From: Naegleria gruberi
Taxonomy: Eukaryota
Direction: 5' to 3' (one strand)
DNA: 64,000 nucleotides
Assembly (NCBI GenBank): GCA_000004985.1
Contig: GG738919.1
The notes beneath the pieces are model-generated. The model made no database searches. It was not told the DNA's origin and saw nothing but the letters and a program-made list of their open reading frames with translations. A program made the translations under genes and the position numbers. Positions 56,879 through 64,000 of this stretch are shown one piece after another. Positions within the stretch are counted from its first letter, which is position 1, and each line of letters starts with the position of its first letter.

Positions 56879-57322
56879 TTTCTGTTTTGCATAAATTTGT
56901 CTGTTGCCGTTGTTGATAAGAAGTGGAAGAATGGATTGCAATCTATTGGGTCAGTTTTGTGTGTTGATAACAAGGAACCAAGTCAGTTGTCACTGTGCAA
57001 TGGTGGAATTTTGGTTTTTTTTTGATATTTAGCGAGGGGACTCTTTGAATCAATTGATCATACAACAAGACACAGTTGTGAGGCGAATTATTTACTGCAT
57101 CATCATAATCGGGATAATCTGAGGGCAGAAAAAAGGAATAATAGGAATGATGAATTTTTTTTAAAAAATCTTAATAATTGATGAGGGCGTTTGATCGGGT
57201 TGATGATGAAATTGAGGCAAAATTCTTGTGATAAATTTTAGAGTTTTATATATGAAGTTTTATCCATATATTGTTACATATATTGGTATTAGTACAATTT
57301 TTGAACAAGGGAATGATGATGA

Positions 57323-57724
57323 TTATTTCTTTTCATCTTTTTTCTTTTCATCCTTTTCCTTGTGTTTCTTGTCTTCATGATCGTCCTTGTGTTTGGCTTC
57401 CTTTTCCTTGAGCTTCTTTTCTTCTTTAAGCTTCTTTTCCTCGTCCTTGTGCTTTTTATCTTCTTCATCCTTATGATTCTTGTCTTCCTTAGGCTTCTTT
57501 TCTTCTTCATCCTTGTGCTTGGCTTCCTTTTCCTTTAATTTCTTTTCCTCTTTGAGCTTTTTCTCTTCATCTTTGTGTTTCTTCTCTTCTTCTTCGAGAT
57601 GTTTCTTGTCTTCCTTTTCTTTCAATTTCTTTTCTTCCTTAAGCTTCTTTTCTTCATCCTTGTGTTTTTTATCATCTTCGTCCTTGTGCTTCTTCTCTTC
57701 CTTGTGTTTGATTTCTGTTGTCAT
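57323..57724 (-). CDS. Highly repetitive K/E/D/H-rich protein (tandem units of about 28-30 aa, KKHKDEEKKLKEEKKLKEKEAKH)
   Basis: The 133-aa ORF is made almost entirely of Lys/Glu/Asp/His. The DNA is a near-perfect tandem repeat. The plus-strand ORFs 57480..57772 are shadow ORFs. Confidence 0.4.
   Translation of the reverse strand: MTTEIKHKEEKKHKDEDDKKHKDEEKKLKEEKKLKEKEDKKHLEEEEKKHKDEEKKLKEEKKLKEKEAKHKDEEEKKPKEDKNHKDEEDKKHKDEEKKLKEEKKLKEKEAKHKDDHEDKKHKEKDEKKKDEKK
57330..57720 (-). repeat. Tandem DNA repeat (about 87-nt units) encoding the K/E-rich protein
   Basis: 'cttcttttcttcttcatccttgtgcttggcttccttttcc…' recurs at least 4 times on the plus strand. Confidence 0.6.
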
Positions 57725-58263
57725 CTTGATTTGTTTTTTTGTATTTGTTTGATCGAGAATTGTAACCTTTGATCAACCCTTTTAAATCCCTGAATATTCA
57801 ATGAACCTTTATGAACATCTTATTTGGATCGCTCCCATCTAACTTCATAGTAAATGATCTGTAAATTTTAAGGAAGAAAAACTGCTTTTTGAAGCTTGGC
57901 AAGTGTTGATGAATCAGATACTGGTGATTGTAATGCTTAATGTTAACAGGAAAGGTTGGATTTGATTGGGTATATTCTTGGATTGAATTTGATCAAATGA
58001 GAGGTTACTATATTGAAATAATTCATATTTGGAAATATTCTTAATTAAATTTTAACTATAATTCGACTCCATACTTTAAATGATAGTCGAAACATTCCAA
58101 ACCACAAACAAGGAAATATCACATTGACAGGGTATTGCACCTCAATACTTTCTCGAAACTTCTTCTAGACTGTTCAGATATCCTGAGCCGTTTCATCGTT
58201 CACTCATCATTAAAAGCCAAAGCTCTGTCAATAAAGGTTGCAGAGTTGAGTGTGAGTTGTAGG

Positions 58264-59811
58264 TCACTTCTTTAATTTTTTGAAGGAATTTTCCATACTT
58301 TGTGATTCTGTTTGGGAACAACTTCTTTTCTTGAGCATTTTTTCGTAAGATTCGGAAGTTGTATAATAATATTTGGAGATTGGTTTCGGACCATATTGTA
58401 CATATTCATTTTCTGATATTTCCAATATTTTCAAGCAATCTTCTGCTAGTGGTCTATCCTTAATGTCTTTTTGAGTCATTTTTGTAATGAGATCTATGAT
58501 AATTGGATAGTTTGTCAAGGATTGTAAAGAACTAACAGTAGAATTATGTGTGCTCAAAATCTGAATAAAAACAAGGCCCAATGAGTAAACGTCTGACTTT
58601 GGTGTTATTCCTCTGAGTGCACTTCCTTTTTCAGGTGGATTGAAGCTGCTGGTTCCTGAAGAAGATGTTAAGACTCTTCCATCATCAAAGCATTGCTCAT
58701 TTGCAGTGTCATATTTGTCAAATGTTTTGGAGGCTTCAAAATCAATAAAGTATGGATAATTATCATATACAACTATATTGTCTGGTTTGATATCATTATG
58801 GATGCGACCAAGACGAACTGCTGAATGCTTGTGAAGTTTGTAAAGTTGAACAAGTAATTGGGCCATTAGGAGTTTCTTATCATGTGCATGATTTAGAATG
58901 TATTCAGGTAATGGAATACCTTTCAATGTAACATCTGATTGTGTAAATGGTGTGAGTGATCCATTTACATAAAATCCTTGGCTATTCAATGTTAATGGAG
59001 TACGGCAGTTGTTACAAGCAATGTTGTTGTAAATTTTAACAATACACTTATGATTGGTATCAGCAAGTGTACCCTCATACATTGGTTTGTCTCTAGTGTT
59101 ATCTATCTGTTTTTCAATGATTACTGCAAAACCTTTATCTGTAGTATCGTCATTAAATATATCATTTTTACAATAGATTATATCTCCAACACTGAGGCTC
59201 TTTGTAATTTGTCCTTTTTTAGGGCTAAGGATAGTGGAATTCTCAGATTTCTTGCTTTTTTGCTCCATTAGATAGAAATATACACGTTTTGTGATTTGCA
59301 AAGCCATATAGGCGCTAGTCATTAGAAAATTACAAAGCTCAATTCTATGCTTGGTTGAGTTTAGATTGTAAACACCTGAAAGATACAAATTATAATCTGA
59401 ATATATCACATCATTATCTTTGACAGTCATTCGATATAAATTTGGTTTCATAGTTAGCGCAATAACTCTCTCCTTGCTGGTGAGAATTGCATGGCAACAA
59501 ATCGAGTTGTGAAAATTGTAAATGTCCTTTACCATACTAGCCCTTGTTAGTTGGGAAAGTATGAGTCTCATTTGTGCTACTACCTTGAGAAAGTCTTGAG
59601 GTCCAGAAGATGAATCCTCTTCTGGTTTGTTTTCTTCTAGAAATGTAAACATGAAAAATTTGGATTTTGAGATAAATGAAATAGTTTCGTCATTGTCTGT
59701 TTCGCTGTTGATGGGATACCAATGTTCCTTCCAAAATCCAGCAAAACTATCAAGTCTTGTAGATGAATGAAGCAATTCATGAAACTCTGTCCTAAATGGT
59801 TCATATGCCAT
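58264..59811 (-). CDS. Protein kinase (divergent; C-terminal kinase domain with HND/DFE variants) with an N-terminal domain of unknown function
   Basis: Kinase motifs are CIVKIY (beta-3 K), RIHNDIKPDNIVV (HRD→HND), IDFEASK (DFG→DFE) and SSGTSSFNPPE. It shares the DIKP.NI/PPE signature with the 52066 kinase. Confidence 0.65.
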   Translation of the reverse strand: MAYEPFRTEFHELLHSSTRLDSFAGFWKEHWYPINSETDNDETISFISKSKFFMFTFLEENKPEEDSSSGPQDFLKVVAQMRLILSQLTRASMVKDIYNFHNSICCHAILTSKERVIALTMKPNLYRMTVKDNDVIYSDYNLYLSGVYNLNSTKHRIELCNFLMTSAYMALQITKRVYFYLMEQKSKKSENSTILSPKKGQITKSLSVGDIIYCKNDIFNDDTTDKGFAVIIEKQIDNTRDKPMYEGTLADTNHKCIVKIYNNIACNNCRTPLTLNSQGFYVNGSLTPFTQSDVTLKGIPLPEYILNHAHDKKLLMAQLLVQLYKLHKHSAVRLGRIHNDIKPDNIVVYDNYPYFIDFEASKTFDKYDTANEQCFDDGRVLTSSSGTSSFNPPEKGSALRGITPKSDVYSLGLVFIQILSTHNSTVSSLQSLTNYPIIIDLITKMTQKDIKDRPLAEDCLKILEISENEYVQYGPKPISKYYYTTSESYEKMLKKRSCSQTESQSMENSFKKLKK

Positions 59812-59861
59812 ATTTATGCAGTCCTTAATTGCATTGTCTCTGTATTATTAAGCAAATTAAA

Positions 59862-60342
59862 TTAACCTAATACGCACTTGTTCATACAGAAAAATGGAAA
59901 TACTGAGAGAGATTGTAACAGAGACTTTGAATTCCTTGTTGCAAGAAATAACTCGGTCTTATTAACATCGTCCTTCGCTAAAAAAGAATGTATGGCCACA
60001 GCAACCTCAATTGGCTCTGATTCCTTTAATCCAAGAATTTTAGTTAATTCATCAATTACTGATTCCAAGACTGAAAGGTTTTTTGCATTGAGAAATTGAT
60101 TCTAGTAAATATTTAAAGTTGGGTAGGAGAATATTTTCTTCCTTGAGAAGTATTTCCTCTTCTTTCCAATCAAAGAATGAATCACAAAGGAACACTCCTA
60201 ACTCTGCTGTCGCACTCAATTTTGTCTTGAAAGTCTCACAGCTTGATATATTGTCCCAAAGAGTAGGATGAGGAAATACTTCTCGTGTTTGTGGATGAAG
60301 GGAATTAAAAATCATCAAAAATTTCTCATCAAATGAAGACAT
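59862..60342 (-). CDS. Hypothetical protein with an apparent frameshift near 60052-60068
   Basis: The ATG at 60340-42 follows an A-run (MSSFDEKFLMIFNSLHPQ…). ORF 60052..60408 and ORF 59862..60068 overlap in different frames. I recognise no domain. Confidence 0.3.
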
Positions 60343-60582
60343 TTTTTTATAATTATTTGGATTTGAAAATGGCGGGCTATCCTTAATTAATTTTATAATT
60401 GAAAACAATTAAGGGTGGTTCATTATCTGACGTTGTTGCACAGTTTCAACAAATGGAAATACATTATTATCTAACTTTCGAATACACATCAGAAAAGAAT
60501 ATGATTTTAATGGACCAAGTTTAAAAATTAATTATAGGATACAGATTTAGAGATATTGGGCTTTGTCAATTCTACGTCTTGC

Positions 60583-61593
60583 TTATATAAAACAATTCGT
60601 TGGAAGTGAACTGGCAGTTTTGGGTGTTTCATTGAGTAGCACTCTATGTGTTATATCTTTCAAATCCTTAAAGTAGGTAAATTGTAATTGAAAAAACCAA
60701 AAGGGAACAAAAACATGCTTCTTATTATCCATATCGACTTCCACAACTAATAATTTTCCAAATTCATGAAATGCTTTCCTTACAACCTCTCTTGGATTTA
60801 TCTTCTTCAATTCATAATTGGTTATTTGTCGATGAGGATGCAGACCAATCATTATTCCCATGGTTTCCAATTTCTCCTGTTTAATCAAATGATACCAATC
60901 TCCTAATTTCTCAAAGGTACATTCGTAATTGATTCCAAATGAAAGTAGAAATGACATGTTGTGTCTTATGAGTCCTCTAATAAATGTTTCTTTGGTTTGA
61001 TATCGTGGATCAAGATCAAACAGTACTTGAACTAGGCTAGATTCGTTTGAAATTGTAAATTCCTTCTTAATAGCTTCACTCTTCCAGAGACTTGTATTTT
61101 CATAATGACCAAACTGGACATGATTGAAAAATGTTGATTTTCCAATTGAATGCTCTCCAATAGGTGTATATTTAATGAGATATTCAACATTTTTCTCCTC
61201 TTTTTTACTCCAACTAAATACCGAGCGATAGAATCTCAACAATTTCAATTGTGGTTCATCTATTATCTTTTCAAATTCAGAAATTTTCATCTTTTCTGGA
61301 TTTGTATTTTCCAATTTAAATGCCAATTTCAATAAATATAAATTAACAAAATATCGACAATTTCCCAATAGGGGAATATTTTCATCCGATAATTCATTCT
61401 TCAAATCATCACGATCAGAAAATAAAATTCTAATATTCAATGATTCATTAAAACAATAATCGGAAATATTATCAAAAGAAACCACACATTTTTCAATCAG
61501 AGAATAAATTGTCCGATTAATAGTTAAAAGAGAGGCCAATACATCAATCGGTTCTAGAAATTGAATAATCTCTGTCCAATTATCTTGATTCAT
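60583..61593 (-). CDS. F-box-like hypothetical protein
   Basis: The N-terminus is MNQDNWTEIIQFLEPIDVLASLLTINRTIYSLI (F-box-like). The ATG follows an A-run. Confidence 0.45.
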   Translation of the reverse strand: MNQDNWTEIIQFLEPIDVLASLLTINRTIYSLIEKCVVSFDNISDYCFNESLNIRILFSDRDDLKNELSDENIPLLGNCRYFVNLYLLKLAFKLENTNPEKMKISEFEKIIDEPQLKLLRFYRSVFSWSKKEEKNVEYLIKYTPIGEHSIGKSTFFNHVQFGHYENTSLWKSEAIKKEFTISNESSLVQVLFDLDPRYQTKETFIRGLIRHNMSFLLSFGINYECTFEKLGDWYHLIKQEKLETMGIMIGLHPHRQITNYELKKINPREVVRKAFHEFGKLLVVEVDMDNKKHVFVPFWFFQLQFTYFKDLKDITHRVLLNETPKTASSLPTNCFI

Positions 61594-61741
61594 TTTTTTT
61601 AATTAGAAATAATTTATCAACTTGAAGAAATCAACACCACAGTCGCGAATGATGGAATTTATTGAAAGTCATGATTCAAAATACAGCTGAAATGGGAAAT
61701 TATTCGAATGTAAATTTGTCTCCAATTTAAATTAATAAAAA

Positions 61742-62761
61742 CTAAAATTGCGAATTGTTGCCATCAATCCAAACCAACTCATCCAATAAAGTTCTACTCT
61801 CACAGTATCTAAAGTCAACAAGGGACAACAAGATAATCAAACAGATTTCATCAGTAATTTTTGTGACATGCTCTCCAAATAATTGCATTTTCACAGAGGT
61901 AAACTCTTTTAACATCACACTTAATGATCCATCACCATTCAACAACTCATTTGAATTAACAGTCAACCTCCAATAGCCAGTTCCGTCTAAATTGGTTCAA
62001 AAAATTCTCATTATTATTAATTACTTACTTTCATTCTCTGAAGAAAAAAATGTGAATACATTAGAAGCAATATTAAATACTCCATCATATGCATAAAATC
62101 GAGGGTAGGAATCTACCTCTTCTCTTACATTCCAAGAAGTATATTCAACTTTTTGATAAACACATTTGGAAATTATTTCACAAACTTCCTCTCCACACTG
62201 AAATAAAAAGTATTCATTCATTAATCGGCTCCACATCCTCTTAATGCCATCAGTTTCCTTAATGGCGTTGGTTTTGAGTGTAGAGGATTTCTTTGATTGA
62301 TCAATTTTTGTCTCAATTTCAACAGTTAACCATTTTTCAAATGCATATTCCCTACTTTCTTGTATAAAATTTTCTCTACCATAAGTAGAAGTCAAACGGA
62401 ATGCTTTTGTAATTTGTGTAGTTGAGCATGTTTCTAATTCCTCATTTTCACTATTTAATTCATCATTCTCACTATTTAATTCATCAAACTTCCTCTTGTA
62501 TTCTTTTAAAATGTTTTGATCTTTTGGTTTTTGAAAAGATTGTTTCTTTTTTAAAGCCTTCATTCTCCTACAATTTATATTTCCTAATTTTCTAATATCG
62601 GAGGAAACCTTTAATGCTAGTACTAATGGATTTGATTCAAGTAGTTCCTCTCTTAAAACTTTACAACAGGATGAAAAACTAATAACATCTTTTGCAGAGT
62701 TTCCCATATAAAATATAATGTGATCCAAAACCTCGGTTGGCAATTGATGAAGTTGGTTCAT
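61742..62761 (-). CDS. F-box protein, 2 exons: 62029..62761 and 61742..61986; 42-nt intron 61987..62028
   Basis: The ATG at 62759-61 follows an A-run (MNQLHQLPTEVLDHIIFYMGNSAKDVISFSSCCKVL = F-box). The donor GAAA|GTAAGT contains the TAA that terminates the listed ORF. The acceptor …AATTTAG| joins in frame to …NGTGYWRLTVNSNELLNGDGS…. Confidence 0.5.
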
Positions 62762-62942
62762 TTTTTTTGTTTTGATCCAGTTCACACAAGAAACCAATCG
62801 AAAACCCACACTTTGTACTGTCTATCCACATACCAGTGTGATACGAATTCTAAATTTATTGTAATGTTTATCTAGATCAACATCTGAAGACCAGAGGCTT
62901 CAATGTTTTTCATAAGAAGACCATATTTATCGTGAATGAGAA

Positions 62943-63015
62943 GCCCGTCTAGCTCAGTCGGTAGAGCGCAAGGCTCTTAACCTTGTGGTCGTGGGTTCGA
63001 CCCCCACGGTGGGCG
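62943..63015 (+). tRNA. tRNA-Lys (anticodon CTT)
   Basis: GCCCGTCTAGCTCAGTCGGTAGAGCGCAAGGCTCTTAACCTTGTGGTCGTGGGTTCGACCCCCACGGTGGGCG is near-identical to canonical eukaryotic tRNA-Lys-CTT. Confidence 0.85.
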
Positions 63016-63421
63016 ATTGATATTTTTAACATGGGCATGAATCAATTTTTATGGATTTTGTTGGAAGAATCAGAATTTTAGTTTATTCTTCAGCAAATGT
63101 TATTACTTTACAAGGATGGTTTAACGATTGGCTTTGTTGGCTTCTTACATGTCTTTCTCTTGATACAAATCTTCTTCTTGATTGACTTGCAAATTTTTCT
63201 TTCCACCAACTAATTTGAATTTCTTACAAATCTTCTTACCCTTTGAACGTTTCAAACACTTCTTATAATACTTCTTCTTGATACATCTTGGTGGAATAAT
63301 AATTGTCTTAGCACAATACTTCTTCTTTTGATATTTGACACATTTGGAAATAGTCTTCTTTGCTGAGCTTTTCTTTCATTTTGTTGCAAAGAAGGAAAAA
63401 GCATTTGAGACGAATTAGAAC

Positions 63422-64000
63422 TTAAACTGTATTATTGGTTTTGGCTTGTAATTTGAGGAATGCTTGTGTTATCTTAATGTACTGGTCAAATGTCATGTGA
63501 TCTTGAATTTGTTTCTTGGTGTAACGTTGGTTAATGGCTGGCCAGTGACTAATAAGGGCTTGTACACATGCTTTTCGTAAGTGGTGATAAGGAGAAGAAC
63601 GATCGAAAAAGAAGGATTTTTGGAATTCTAAAACATTGCTCTCTGTCAAACCTTCAATTATTATTGATTGACAACGCAAGCTAATTTGATGATTAATGTC
63701 CATTGAATAAAAGTTCCACTTGGTTAAAAAGCTGACAGCATTGCTACCATTCAACAGTACCTGATTAGTGTATAGATACTTGATAAAGGAAATATGAGCT
63801 TGAACTTCTTCCTTGTCCTCTTCTTCCGAATCGTCAGAAATGTCAAATGAATCCATATCACACATTCCTGATGTAAATTTTACTCTGAAAAAATCGCACT
63901 TGACTGCCAGTATAGCCTTGTGAGCATGGATGGTTGTACTTTTAGAAAGAACAAGTTTAACATCACCAGAATTAGTTGTCTGTGTTTTTGCGTATAAACT
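63422..64000 (-). CDS. BTB/POZ domain protein, 5'-partial (continues beyond the window end)
   Basis: The minus-strand frame is open to position 64000: …GDVKLVLSKSTTIHAHKAILAVKCDFFRVKFTSGMCDMDSF… is a BTB core motif, followed by a BACK-like helical region. Confidence 0.55.
   Translation of the reverse strand, partial: SLYAKTQTTNSGDVKLVLSKSTTIHAHKAILAVKCDFFRVKFTSGMCDMDSFDISDDSEEEDKEEVQAHISFIKYLYTNQVLLNGSNAVSFLTKWNFYSMDINHQISLRCQSIIIEGLTESNVLEFQKSFFFDRSSPYHHLRKACVQALISHWPAINQRYTKKQIQDHMTFDQYIKITQAFLKLQAKTNNTV

Noticed and set aside
1-64000. Searched for transposase/integrase/RT ORFs, terminal inverted repeats, CRISPR arrays and rRNA genes
   Set aside because: None were found. The only repeats are intragenic coding tandem repeats and low-complexity tracts.

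Overview
This window is eukaryotic nuclear DNA, not prokaryotic. It is AT-rich (roughly one-third G+C by eye) and gene-dense, about one gene per 1.5-2 kb. Most genes are intronless. The introns I can see are short spliceosomal introns of about 40-85 nt, plus a few of 120-185 nt, with GTAAGT/GTATGT/GTTAGT donors and AG acceptors. Most start codons sit directly after an A-run (…AAAAAAAATG…). There are four nuclear-type tRNA genes: Glu-TTC, Arg-TCT, Gly-GCC and Lys-CTT. The gene content fits a free-living amoeboid protist such as Naegleria or a dictyostelid, but I could not verify the organism.

Confidently recognised housekeeping genes are the mitochondrial rRNA dimethyltransferase TFB1M, eIF3 subunit i, the SRP receptor alpha subunit, DENR, NAP1, an ATPase-domain-only Hsp70, an SH3-DH-PH RhoGEF and an archaemetzincin. 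A loose detoxification neighbourhood contains an AS3MT-like arsenite methyltransferase, a MAPEG/MGST, a ChrA-like chromate transporter and a zeta-class GST. There are also two protein kinases (one fused to about 16 DUF4116-like repeats), several F-box proteins and a BTB protein that runs off the window end.

The most notable feature is an iodothyronine-deiodinase-like selenoprotein gene (16276..17280). Its conserved active-site position (…GSSYS-U-PPF…) is an in-frame TGA, and a SECIS-like stem-loop lies just downstream in the 3'UTR.

Several conserved genes show apparent single-nucleotide frameshifts or in-frame stops. These are the AS3MT-like gene, a membrane-anchored P-loop NTPase, the ChrA N-terminus, an EGF-like gene and a SCO1 relic. 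Many fall in homopolymers or repeats, which points to pseudogenes or assembly indels. No mobile elements, CRISPR arrays or rRNA genes were found.
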